The notes beneath the pieces were generated by a model that ran no database searches, was not told the DNA's origin, and worked only from the letters and a program-made list of their open reading frames with translations. Below are positions 38,644 through 50,973 of a stretch of DNA of 64,000 nt, piece after piece. Both the position numbers and the translations under genes were made by a program. Position 1 is the stretch's first letter; each line of letters begins with the position of its first letter. This DNA comes from Zootoca vivipara (taxonomy: Eukaryota): assembly GCF_963506605.1 (NCBI RefSeq), contig NC_083278.1, positions 42,532,001-42,596,000 on the forward strand, written 5' to 3'.

Positions 38644-38762
38644 AAGTTAACATATGACTCACTGTAGTTTGATTTAGTGTGGGTTACAGCATGTGCCCAT
38701 GCTGGAATTCATAATCTTGTTCAATTTGCTGTTTTGGTGCTCACTGGTGGTATATACAGGTG

Positions 38763-39060
38763 TAAAGGTAAAGGGACCCGTGACCATTAGGTCCAGTTGT
38801 GACCGACTCAGGTTTCGGCGCTCATCTCACATTATTGGCCGCTTCTGGTGAACCAGAGCAGCACACGGAAACGGTGTTTACCTTCCTGCTGTAGCGGTAC
38901 CTATTTATCTACTTGCAGTTTGACATGCTTTCAAACTGCTAGGTTGGCAGGAGCTGGGACTGAGCAATGGGAGCTCACCCCATCACGGGGATTTGAACCG
39001 CCAACCTTCTGATCGGCAAACCCTAGGCTCTGTGGTTTAACCCACAGTGCCACCCGCGTC
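38763..39060 (-). mobile_element. Sauria SINE with internal deletion
   Basis: Homologous to 20871-21220; imperfect ATATACAG(G)TGTA flanking repeat. Confidence 0.9.
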
Positions 39061-40966
39061 ATATACAGTGTACATACAAACAAATCCAGCATGTAAGTCC
39101 CAGCGCATGGTCTGAATGCATAAGATGTAGTCACCTCGCTGAAGCTGAACAGGCTCGCTTGGGTCAGTGCCCAGTTGGGACATTGCATGTTATTCCATAG
39201 TCAGTGTAGGCATACATGTTGAAATATGAAAATCCTTAAATCTTTTAAGATGGTGGTTTTCATGGGCATGTTTGTTACCAGCTGATCATGACTTCCAAAC
39301 GTGAATTAGCCATCAAAGATTACTCAGCACATATTAATATCTTCAGATTCTAGCTCAGACACAATTTTTTTCTCTCGAGATAATTCACAAGTTCAGTTGA
39401 CAGTGTGCACATTTCACAAACAAATAAACTGGAGTGAAGTTACACCCACTTGGGAAAAAACCTTTCTCCCTATACATACTTAGAGCAGCTTCTTAAAATA
39501 CCTGTGCACTCACAGACCATACTAAAAAGGAGAATACCTAATTGAATGTTCATTTAGAAAGCAGAAGCTTATTTGGGAATTACACTGTGTGCATATAATG
39601 TGGGCCAGGGCCAGGACGCACAGGCAGCCATTTTCTTCCCTCTGCACGTATTCCGTGTACACAATGTGTACCACCCTCAAATAATTGTAGTACTTAAGTA
39701 ATGATAGATCACATTAATGAACCACACCATGCTATATGTAGGGGGTTCCTGCTGTGTGTGCATTGCACATGTAGGTGCTGATAGGGGTGAATAAATTCCC
39801 AGGAAGGGAGATGATCCTGTACAGGCAACTTTCTATTCAAACGCTAAGTCCCATTGGATGGTAGCCTTTGAGACATTGCAAGTGGCATGTAGACATGCAT
39901 TTTTGAAGTGAACCAATTACCTTTACTGAATCAATGGCAGCTCATGCAATAGTCCCACTGATGCAATAAAGGGAACAACTTCTGCAGTAGGTTGATTAAA
40001 TGCCCTCATTGTTCATGTATTTATTTGTATTACAGGAGTGATCATGAATGTGCTTGGTGAAAAATATAGGCAATCAGGCACATAGGAAAAGAATGTCCCA
40101 GGGCTGTGTGTTTGTGTGTGTGGATGTTAACAAAAAGTAATAGCCAGCCAAGAGCAACACTGGATGACTTGGCTTGAAAAAGCCAAGAAAAATTACATAA
40201 AAATAAAGATTGAGTCCTGTGACTTGCTTTTCTAGTACACTGCCAAGTTGGTCGCTCTTTGTTCCTCGTCTATGAAAAAACTGAAGTAGTACTTGACACA
40301 ATGTATGAATAGTCTGGGCACTCCAGCCTCTCCAGAGCTATTATTTCCATTACACTTCCATGAGACATTGGAAAACTACCACTGGGCCTGTTGGATAATA
40401 GTGGATGCAGCCCACAAACCGTTAAGTGCATTTCAGCCCCCCATACGCCAGTGGGATTTATGTGATTGTTTTCCACAGGATTGCGGCATGCTTTTTTGGG
40501 GGGGGGGGGTTGCAACTAATGTTGGTGAATTACTGAAAGCCATTTCTTCAAAGGCAATTACTTTTGCTTTAAAAATTTGAAAACCATATATAAACCATAT
40601 ATTGTTTCTTTCCTTCCTGCATCCAATTAAACTGTCTAGCAGTCAAGCGTGCATGTGATGAAATCTTTCAGACACCGAGATCCTAAATGTCTGATGGGGC
40701 TATAAATATTTTGTTCCATTTGGTGTTCTTATATCAATGTTGACCTGTCCCTGCCTCTCCCCCAAAGTACTAAATGCTTCAAGCTTCTTCTTCTTCTTGC
40801 ACATTTATTTTCCAACATGACTGGAATAAAGTCATTGACTCAATCTGCAGGTTTTTTCTCAATCAGACTCACACCTCAGCATTGTCATTCACACCTTCAT
40901 AAACCTGAAGCTAGACTACTAGAGCATAATCTTTGTGGGGCTGCTTGTCATGGTAGTTCAGAACCA

Positions 40967-41104
40967 CATACCCTCCAACATTTTCCCGATGAAAATAGGA
41001 ATGTCCTAAGAAAAAGTGGGACATTCTAGGATTAAATCAGAAACTGGGGTGGCTTGTATAAATCCAGTACGTTCCCTGGAAAATAGGGACACTTGGAGGG
41101 TCTG
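40967..41104 (-). mobile_element. TIR element (CA(G/T)ACCCTCCAA family)
   Basis: CATACCCTCCAA / TTGGAGGGTCTG termini; GAACCA on both sides. Confidence 0.75.
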
Positions 41105-41608
41105 GAACCATGAACTGTTAACTGAATGCTATGGCTCTGCTCCTGCCAAGTTGTATATCACACCGCTCTGGCTTTCTGTACTGGCTCACTGTTGTCTGAT
41201 GGGCTCAATTCAACATAATGATTTGGGCATGTAAACCTTTAAACTGCAACTTGAAAGAGTGCTGACTGTCCTATGTTCCCATTGATATATTTAATTTCAC
41301 TGGAAGTGCCCTCTTTACCACCCATACTTATGGTTTGACAGCAGGTGGCAGAACATTTCTAGTGGCTTCCTTTCAACTGTCAGATACTTTTGATTAGAGC
41401 AGAGAGGGGAACTCTTGGTCCTCCAGATGTCATTGGACTATAACTCCCATCACCCATTACTGTGTTGGCTGGGTTTGATGGGAGCCTCAAACAACTGAAG
41501 GACCACATGTATTTTATCCCTGGCTGAGTTGGCTAACCTGTTACCATCCAGATGTTGGCCATGCTAGATAGGTTGATGGTAATTGAATCTAACTACATCT
41601 GGAGGGAT

Positions 41609-41858
41609 GGGGCGCAGGTGGCGCTGCGGGTTAAACCACAGAGCCTAGGGCTTGCCGATCATAAGGTCGCTGGTTCAAATCCCCACGACAGGGTGAGCTC
41701 TGTTGCTCGGTCCCAGCTCCTGCCAACCAGCAGTTCGAAAGCATGTCAAAGTGCAAGTAGATAAAGTGCTCCCTCGGCCAATAGAGTGAGATGAGCGCTG
41801 CAACCCCAGAGTCGGTCACAACTGGACCTAATGGTCAGGGGTCCCTTTACCTTTACCT
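41609..41858 (+). mobile_element. Sauria SINE with internal deletion, inserted in an old hAT MITE
   Basis: 13-bp TSD TACATCTGGAGGG at 41594-41606 and 41859-41871. Confidence 0.9.
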
Positions 41859-42919
41859 TACATCTGGAGGGCCATAGGTTAGGCACTCCCCAGCCTAGAC
41901 ATCTGCCAAAGTCCAGGTACTAACTCTGGGATGAGGCTGACTTTGTGTGAAATATCCCATCTCGGGGTTGCTCATAACCTTAGCCTTCCCCAACTTAGTG
42001 CCCTCCAGAGATTGTTGGGTTCTAGCTCCCCATTAGTCTTATCAATTGTTAGGGATGATGGCAACTGGAATCCAAGAACCTCTGAATGGCACCAGATTGG
42101 GGAAAGGCTGTCATAAAATCATGATCTAATAGTTTTAGTAAGTGCCTCCTGGAGTGGACAGAGGGGTCAGATACTCTGTATATCCCATATGCCTGTAGAA
42201 TCTGTCATTCAAGCCAATCAGTTGCATGCAGAAATTGCACAGCAAGGGTATCATAATTGTCCCGCCAGCCCGCAAAACAAACTAACAAACAACCACCTCT
42301 GGTTTTAATCCTCGTGATTATGAAAAGTTACTGTACTCCACACTAATACTTTTGAACTGAAGGGTGGTATAGAAAAGTTTTAAATAAACCAATAGATGCA
42401 AAAGGTGGATTTAATAAATCTCTAGCTGTCACCCTACCCATTCTCAAATGACTTGTTGTGAGGCTAATCCAAATTCTGTGCTCACTTACCTGGGAGTCAA
42501 ATCCCATGGAACCCAATGGGACTTCCTTCTGAGCAGACATGCAGAGGGCTGTATTATAAGACACTACACCCTGGAAGATGAAAAGGATTCTGATGAAATC
42601 AGTAAATATGGCTTAACAGTGAATGTTAAGACTTTCAGCTCTGATAGGTTGTGTGCACAAATCCCTTTTTATGTTGTGTGTGAGTGAGGGAATGGACTTA
42701 GTAGTAAGAACCGTTTCAACATTACATTTTCCAACACAAACAGGCTATTACTATGGTTTAAGTGTGGAAATAGTTTAAGTAGGCCGTGTACATTTTGATG
42801 TGTTTTATTTATTGTTTATGACTTTTACAATTATGTATTTTTTTCATGTCATAAGGCACCTTAAGCATGGTTTTAATAATGGAAAGGTGACATACAAATA
42901 AAAATGTGTAGTTCTATGC

Positions 42920-43050
42920 CAGGCATCCCCAAACTGCAGCCCTCCAGATGTTTTGGCCTACAACTCCCATGATACCTAGCTAACAAGACCAGTGGTTGGG
43001 GAAGATGGGAATTGTACTACATCTGGAGAGCCGAAGTTTGGGGATGCCTG
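42920..43050. mobile_element. hAT MITE (~135 bp family)
   Basis: TSD TTCTATGC. Confidence 0.9.
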
Positions 43051-44159
43051 TTCTATGCCATCCCTTGAGCTTTAAAGCTCACATTAAATATGGAGGAACC
43101 TTATCTGTGCACAGAAGTGCTACTAACCTTAGGATTTTAAAATGGAGCCCCCCCCCTTTGAATATCATTGGAATTGTCATATGCATCTATTAGACATTTT
43201 AGGAAACTCCACCACAAATTCTTTCCTAAGATTTTAAACTAAAGTAATGAATTATCACAATTATTTAGAAAAGGGAATACTTCATTTTAGACCATTTGAT
43301 AATTATGACCACCCACACTTCCCAGCATCCGGAAGCACATTATGTACGTAGAGTTGAACAACAAGTGACTGGTAAATTGTTTGGGTGATGAGGGTTTGTA
43401 CAGAGATCCAGTTCTGGGACCTCTATTCATTACACCCATTGGTTAGGAGTGCAATCAGAAGTTTGTCCCATTTACTTGCATCCGATCACTGGTTCAGAAA
43501 GATAAAGTGTTGCAATACGCATTAATGTTCAAACTTGTGTATATCTTCATAGTGAGTAAATGTAGTTATATTCATCAAGCTGAGCCCATGTGATTTGCTT
43601 GTACAAAAACAAACACAGCTCCTAAATTTCTGAATGATATGATGAGGAGATAATTATGGATGTACATTGAGAAGTTAACAGCACAAGCAAAAAGTCAATG
43701 TTAAGTGTTGCAAGCAAATTCCATCAGATTAAGAGCTACAGCCGTTGGTGCTTGTCCAACTATACATGAGAAGAGCAGTGGATGAAATTCTTCATTATCT
43801 TGCTGTCAACACTAGCATAATCACCTGTTTGGGATGATACCATGTCCTCTATTCCTGCCTGATTTAATATTCCCACTTGGTGTTGACTTGCTGAGTGATC
43901 TTGGGCCAGTCTCTCTGAATCAGCCTAACCTACCTCACAGGACTGATGTGAGAATAAAATGGCTTTGGGGAGAATCCTGTAAGCCACTTCTTGGGGATGG
44001 GGGAATGGGGGATAAAAATATAACATGCACCTGAACATTTAACTGTTACCCAGACAAGTCTTTTTATGCTTAAGGAATGTACCCAGAACATCTGTTTCCA
44101 TGAGCTTTCTCATGTAGCCAGGGATGCATGTAAAAAAGCTTGCTTCTGTGTGTCTAGGG

Positions 44160-44287
44160 CAGGCTTCCTCAAACTCGGCCCTCCAGCTGTTTTTTGCCTA
44201 CAACTCCCATGATCCCTAGCTAGCAGGACCAGTGGTCAGGGATGATGGGAATTGTAGTTTCTGGAGGGCAGAGTTTGAGGAAGCCTG
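44160..44287. mobile_element. hAT MITE (~135 bp family, CAGGCTTCCTCAA subfamily)
   Basis: TSD GTCTAGGG. Confidence 0.9.
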
Positions 44288-44499
44288 GTCTAGGGTCCCA
44301 CCTGATCATACATTAGCCTATCTTAAGCATACCAGAGAGTAAGGCCATTGGAATCAATAGTACTCAAATCCAAGTAAACATGTTTTAGATAGGGCGCTAA
44401 GTCTGCATAATGAAAGTTTGATACATTGCCTTAAGAAATCTTTGCACTTTTACAAATCGGTGAGGGGGTTGTGGTGGTGGAATCACCTCTGTAGCTAAA

Positions 44500-47001
44500 G
44501 ATAACCATTTGTATTGAACTCATAACTTAAAATGAAATTAATTAATTCGCCTGTACTTTCCAAATATCATGGGGGAATTACACTTTAGCCATTTCACTAT
44601 AGTGTGTTGTGACTGCTATAGACAGACAATGAAAAATAACCCTTATGCACACTGTTATATTTCCAAAAATATATTTACAGTCTATTACAAAGATTACAAA
44701 TGGAAGTGTCTATGTAATGAGATTATGTTAATTCAAAGATTGGTTGTTTGTTTCTCTCATTTTTTTTACAGATTTCTTTAACAAAGGGAAAATAAGAAAA
44801 AAAATAGTATAATCAAAGTGATTTTTTTTCTAACCAAACAAATAAATAAAATGACAAATATAACACTGTACAGTGAACTAAAAGTGGGAAAATAGGGTGG
44901 GGGGGAGGGGTAAATGATCTATTTAAGTTTTCTGTAGCTATCTTTGGTCCTAAATGTGGGAAAACACATTATGTAGCACTGAAAAACATTTTCTTTTTTT
45001 TTGTGATGCTCTGTAAGTAAAATAGAAAAATATAGTGCATTTTCAATGTATTCAGAGCTCACCGCACAGAAATGTGTGTACAAAACAAGACAGTATAAAT
45101 AAAATGTACAAGTTTTACAAAGGAACATTTACAGGGTTATACTTTTTTGTGTGGATGCCCACATTATCAAACAAGACTTAATTTATGACTGATCCCTGGG
45201 ATCTTTCTCTTATGAAAACCAATGGGAGCAGCCCAGTTCTCTTTGGAAGTACAGCTATTCACTGCTGGGGTAGCTCATGATTTTCATGATTTTTTTTGAC
45301 AGCATTTTATCACCTGTTTTGTATATATTCCTGCAACGCACTGTTATTGCTTATGGTAGTTCTACATTTCGTTCAACCCAAGTACGCATATATTAAATTA
45401 AAACTGGTTTTCCCCCCTAAAAAAAAGAGTTATCTCATTCAACAGCTACTTTTCAGTCAGAAGTCTCAAATGACTGTTTTTTTTGTGTGTGTGTATGTAT
45501 AGAGCAGCTTGTAAAACAAAAACTTGAAAATTTTCGAACTGCCACTTGCCTTACACTCAGCGGTTCTAATAGAAAATCCAAAGGCACCATCTGATAGGAA
45601 CATCTCCTGTGCAAACCTCACAGCTGCTGTTCACCTCTCATTCACTTGTATTAGGGCTTACACTGGAGGAGTGCAATCCAGAGAAAGTTAGTTGCATTTG
45701 GGCCCCATCGAAATTGCTGGGACTCCATACAGAATGTGGTAACCTATTTTTGAGACTAAGTCCCAATTGAAACCAGTAAAAATTAGTCTCAATTAAATGT
45801 GGGCATCAGTGGGATGCCTTCTGTTCTCTGGATTGCACCCCCAGATGTTTATTTTTGCAGGAGGGACTACATTCAACTTAATCTCATATTAACCATATGC
45901 CAGTTATTTTTCCTAGACCTTCTAATGTGGAATATTGAAAAATTAAAGGAAGAAACAACAGCAATAAACACCAATGTGCTCTGATTAAAAGGCTAGGCAA
46001 CACTACAGTACTGTACCTGTTTGTTTTGTTTTTGTTTTGACACACCTACTACAATCAATTATTCAGCAAAAGAGGTCTTAACGAGTTTAAAGTTGCAGAT
46101 GTACAGCTTATATTTAACCCAGGCAACTTCCTAAAGTCATCTTTCAAGCCTTTTCTTTAAAAGTGCCTGGGCGTTTTAAGGGAACATTATTGCTAGGTTC
46201 TCCGTTTTATTCATTTCCTGTTTAAAGAGACCATGTGATTTATCATACAAAATTATTTTCAAAAATATCAGAACTCTTGGCAATGTCCTTTTTTCCCCCT
46301 TCCTGATTTCCTGCCAATTAGCAAACCACATAAATGTGGTGCGGAATTAACAGACCGAAGTAAACTTCATAAAGCAAACCCTACCCCGCAACTCCATTTC
46401 ACCCAACCCAGCGGTCAGATCCACATATCTCAGTTACACCTCTTGTGTCTGTAGAAATCCATACAATCTTTCAAAAGTCCCCAGTGTAATAATGCGTCAT
46501 ATGCTTAGCACTAAGAAGGTCCAAAGATATAAATGTTACATTAAAAGAAGGTCTATATGACAAAGCAACACAACTGATTCCTTTGGGGGGGGGGGAGTTT
46601 GAAATGAAAGGTTTAAGGAAAATATTTTGTTGACTTTAGCAATAATATGATTTTTATCTGACAAATATATTCTTTCTTTTTCAAAATCCCTTATGTACAA
46701 TTTAAAAAGTCCATTAGATAAAAAGGAGGTTAGAGAGTTCAAGGTGTTCGTAGGTGTTTCAGGTAGTACTTTGTTTATTGTCACTGCTTTCGTTGCTGCC
46801 ATCAGTGGATCCATATTCCCTTTTTAAGTAAGTTTCTGGTGGCACTTAGGAGTTCAAGTCTGTAGGTGCTTCTTGTGGGCCTTCTGTGGTCTGCAGGAAG
46901 GACCCAGAAAATCATGTGTCTTCTAGCAGCACTTCATGTAGATCGAAGGCCGGCACTGTTCTCTCAAGTCTGTCACCTCCCTCGTAAGGGAGAAGCGTTT
47001 A
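44500..47001 (-). other. EPHA7: EPHA7 3'UTR (distal end not resolved)
   Basis: Follows the stop codon; AT/U-rich, nearly repeat-free, with miRNA seed matches and Pumilio elements on the minus strand. The lower boundary is an estimate. Confidence 0.65.
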
Positions 47002-47116
47002 TCACACTTGGATGCCAGTGCCATGCAAATGTAACATTTGTGCTCTCATAGTCTGAATGCTGCTCATGATTTTCTTTTGATGGCCAACCAACGTGATGCC
47101 TAAGCTCATAATATCG
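47002..47116 (-). CDS. EPHA7: EPHA7 last coding exon (SAM C-half, PDZ-binding motif, TGA stop)
   Basis: cag| acceptor at 47117-47119; DIMSLGITLVGHQKKIMSSIQTMRAQMLHLHGTGIQV*; the HLHGTGIQV C-terminus is characteristic of EphA7. Confidence 0.97.
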
Positions 47117-47423
47117 CTGGTGGAAAGGGAAGAGAAAGGTTCACGGTTAGGCATTTGACTATCAGTGTAGGAGGACAAAAAAGAAAGAAAAAAAGAAACA
47201 TTGGCACAATTCACAGAACTGAATGATATTTTGGACATCTGGGATGTCAGTATGCTTAGGCCTGACTTTTCTGGTGGTTGTTTTATGGTTTATATTATGA
47301 ATTTATATACCACTTAATCATATCTAAGCAGTGCGCAATCTCCAATTCTAATAAAAATATATAAAATTGATATAAAATTGTTTGGGATGATGAAAGTTGT
47401 AGTCCAGAAATATCTGGAGGACC

Positions 47424-47540
47424 TCAGTTGAGCAAGAGACTCTTAATCTCAGGGTTGTGGGTTCAAGCCTCATGTTGGGCAAAAAGATTCCTGCATTGCA
47501 GGGATTGAACTAGATGACCTTTGTGGTCCTCTCCAATGCG
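47424..47540 (+). mobile_element. tRNA-headed SINE with CR1 tail, in the last EPHA7 intron
   Basis: GAGACTCTTAATCTCAGGGTTGTGGGTTCAAGCC (tRNA-Lys-like) joined to TTCCTGCATTGCAGGG...ACTAGATGACC (CR1 3' end). Confidence 0.65.
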
Positions 47541-48257
47541 TTTTCCATTCCTGCCTGATAGACTTTGAATAATGAGAATGACAGAATTGTAGAGTCAGCT
47601 AGAGAAACCTATGAGCATGACAACTCTTTAAATTTTGCAAATCCCCCTCCTCTTTATTACAAGGGGTGATTGGGAGTCACAACTCACTACAATTATCAGA
47701 ATTTATGGATTGCCCTAGATCAGGAGTAAACATGATGGGCTGCAGATGTTGCTGGACTCCAACTCCCATCAGACCCAGCCAGCATGGCCAATGGTCAGGG
47801 CTGATGGGAGCTGGTGTACAACAACAATTGGAGCACACCATGTTGGCTACCCTGGCCCTACACTGTCTAGGTAATTGTCAAAGCAGTTCTAGGATTCAGA
47901 CCACCTTAAAATCTGGTTACTGCTCTGGGACTAAAGAGTGAGTGGTGGACATGTCTGGAGATCCCAATGTTTTTATGAAGGTTGGCTCTGCTACAATATG
48001 TTTTTAGGGTTCTTATTGGCTCCTCTTTCGTGCACCTACCTTTCCTTTATTTTCAAACAACATGTTTTAATAATTAGAGCAACTTGTGTGAACTGATAGT
48101 GGTGGTAGGGAAAGGACCTCTGAGGGGCGCGCGGAATGCCTCTACTCCTCATTCCAGACGGTGAGGAAATGATAGCTTGGGCCATGGTGAAAGCGATTGT
48201 AGTAACACCCATTTAAAACATCAGCCATCATAATCACATGAAAATCAAATCACTTAC

Positions 48258-48413
48258 TCAATAGTCATCCTGGCTACTGTCTCAAGGTTATTGTAACCTG
48301 CAGCTGAAAAGTTATCCTTATATCTTTCCATCTTGATGGCTTGCAACCATTCTCCTACAGAACAAAATGTAGTGAAATCGGGTGTATTCTGGTCCAGAAG
48401 AGGACTGATTGGC
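48258..48413 (-). CDS. EPHA7: EPHA7 coding exon (linker and SAM domain N-half; about exon 16)
   Basis: 156 bp, tag| ... |gtaagt, phase 2 on both sides; PISPLLDQNTPDFTTFCSVGEWLQAIKMERYKDNFSAAGYNNLETVARMTI(D). Confidence 0.97.
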
Positions 48414-48612
48414 CTAGATCAGAAGGGAAACACAAAGTTATTATATTTTAAGGGAAATTACAACGCTAGAGAGCATTTATATTGCCTGATAGGAATAGGA
48501 ACAAATCATATTCAATTGGGTTAAAGGCACAGCAAGCACATAAGGCTTTGTCCACATTGTTCAGTTCCAACAACAATCCCCCTTCTTTTTCACTAGTTAT
48601 CTACTAGGGTTA

Positions 48613-48852
48613 CAGTCATACCTTGGTTGTCGAACGTAATCCGTTCCGGAAGACCGTTCAACTTCTGAAACGTTCGACAACCAAGGTATGGCTTCCGATT
48701 GGTTGCAAGAGCTTCTTGCACTCAAGTGGAAGCTGTGTCGGACGTTCGGGTTCCAAAAAGCGTTTGGAAACCGGAACATTTACTTCCGGGTTTTCAGTGT
48801 TTGGGAGCTGAAACGTACGATAACGGAGGTGTTCGGGAACTGAGGTTTGAAT
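48613..48852. mobile_element. Tigger-like MITE in an EPHA7 intron
   Basis: TA|CAGTCATACCTTGGTTGTCGAACG start; CpG-rich with internal inverted repeat; right TIR degenerate. Confidence 0.7.
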
Positions 48853-49560
48853 TAGTGTCCTATGTCTTATACACACAATGGAGATTTGACTCTATAAAAA
48901 ATCACACAAGAGGAAAGCCTCGCTCCAAACATTTTGTGATCAAATGAAGATTGGTCAAAGGGAAGAAAAGACATAGAGAAATGTGGTGACTATGAAATGA
49001 CTTCTGGAACTGAGTCTAGCTAAATAAGCTTCTCTGAAGGCTAGCTTTGTTTCTTGCTGAGGTGCTTTAGAATTAGATGTCTGGGAAAAGAGGCACCAAG
49101 AAGCAGGTTTTATTTTATCCCTGTGATATTAACTCATTTTGGCTGCACAACCTGTGCTGATTCTGATAGCCTTTTTGCATGACTCAAATTGTTATGGGTA
49201 AAATCATAATCCCTGCGTAGATTGTGCCCACCTGACACCCAGAAAAACTTCCTTCTAGAATGCACACTTATGTGGGAGTATGCCTTACTGAGCACAGAGA
49301 GACTTCCTTCCAAATACACAAACGTGCAATACAATTTTAAATAGTTATAAAAATCAAATGAACCAGAGATTAATTATTATAAATAAAAAGAGATCTGAAG
49401 ATAAGTAGGTCTGATATATGCAAACCTAATAACAGCTCCATTGACTTCAGTAGAAATATGCTGGACTTTTGAAGATTATACATTGTGGTTTTAAGTGGGT
49501 ATTTCTGGATTAGACAAAAATTAACATGGAATAAAATAGTGCCAATACAGCATCTAGTGC

Positions 49561-49562
<2 letters not shown>

Positions 49563-49612
<50 letters not shown>
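49563..49612. repeat. (GT)n microsatellite
   Basis: About 25 units. Confidence 0.95.
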
Positions 49613-49614
<2 letters not shown>

Positions 49615-50153
49615 ATACATACCCACACACAATATATCTCTTATTTTTTTGAATTTCTGGCCTTGGATCATTTGGTGAAGAATGGGCTCTAAATACAGTA
49701 AATGAATAAATACATTTCATATGGCTGAGTCTAGGCCTTTATAGCTGCTGCATACTTCTCTATCAACAGAGCAACAATAAAACAGTAAAGAGCAGCAGTT
49801 AAAACTTCATGTTTTTGTAAATTATTTTACAGCAATTTTGTTGGAAGCTGCTTTGTGCCGAAACCTTTTTAGTAAACAAACTGTAGTAAATCAGGTAAAT
49901 TCAAATCATACAGTGGCCTTTCTGCTTCTTTCAAAACATGGAAGCTGTTCAGGTTCCTCTGTTCAGTTCCCGCTAGCTTTATGACAAGCAACACACAGCA
50001 CCGTCTAGAGTATCTGCTGGTCTATCTTTGTAAAGGCAGCCTGAACAGGGGATGTTTCTGTACACCCTGCAGCAGATAACAGCAGCTGAACTGAATGAAG
50101 AAATACAGCCTAAAAATCTGGCCTACGACTTAGAAACAGCACCAGTAACTTAC

Positions 50154-50347
50154 CTGCTACAGGTTCCTAGAGGGGTTTTCAAGCTGTTTGGGTTCCGAAT
50201 CATCTTGTCCAGAATGCCCACTATTTGCTCAAACTTTGGCCTTTCCGCACGCTCTTTCTGCCAGCAATCTAGCATCAGCTGGTGAAGGCCTGCTGGGCAG
50301 TCCATGGGTGCTGGCAAGCGATAGCCTTCTTCAATTGCTTTTATAAC
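50154..50347 (-). CDS. EPHA7: EPHA7 coding exon (kinase C-terminus; about exon 15)
   Basis: 194 bp, tag| ... |gtaagt; [64 protein letters not shown](R). Confidence 0.97.
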
Positions 50348-50973
50348 CTAAAAGACAAAACAACGTTGTTCTGAATTTTTTACAGCCCATGAAGAATCAA
50401 GCAGCCAAATTAAGCAATCAAAGCTTTATGAAATGTATCTTTCAAACAGAGCCTGTTGTTTTGACACATGCATTCATGTTGCTGTATAATAAACTTGTTT
50501 TTATTTTCCATGCTTATTAAACAGATTATTCTGTGGTGTATGCTGAGAACATGGTTGCATTACCTAGTCAAATCAGCAGCGGGAAACAGCAATTAAATTC
50601 ACCAAGGGTGCAGCTGATAAATTGATACATGGAGATGCTCTTTGAAGGCAACAACATTTGCCCAAAAGCTCCCCCTCCCCCTTCAGTTTCCCTCCAGGAA
50701 TACACACAGCATTTAAATGAACAACAGTTTAGGCATCCGTGCATGCTATGCAAAAAAAGTATCTGGAAATTACTGTGGATAAAAGGTACTTTCTAAAAAA
50801 GCACTTTCCCTTAATACTCACCCTTACAATGGTGAGTATGCAATGTGACATGTATAAGCATAGCTTGGCTGGGTAATATCTTAATGAATCAAGAGAAGGA
50901 AAGTCCATTATTAATAAGAAAATGTGGCATGTTGTGATATGGTGCAGGGCAGTTAATGTCTGTAGGAAGATTT

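Noticed and set aside
47117-47238. N-terminal extension of ORF 47002-47238
   Set aside because: Intronic polypyrimidine tract read in frame; the real exon starts at 47116.
47424-47480. tRNA-Lys gene (and tRNA-like heads in other SINEs)
   Set aside because: Degenerate, lacks an intact cloverleaf and is fused to a CR1-like tail, so it is a SINE head.
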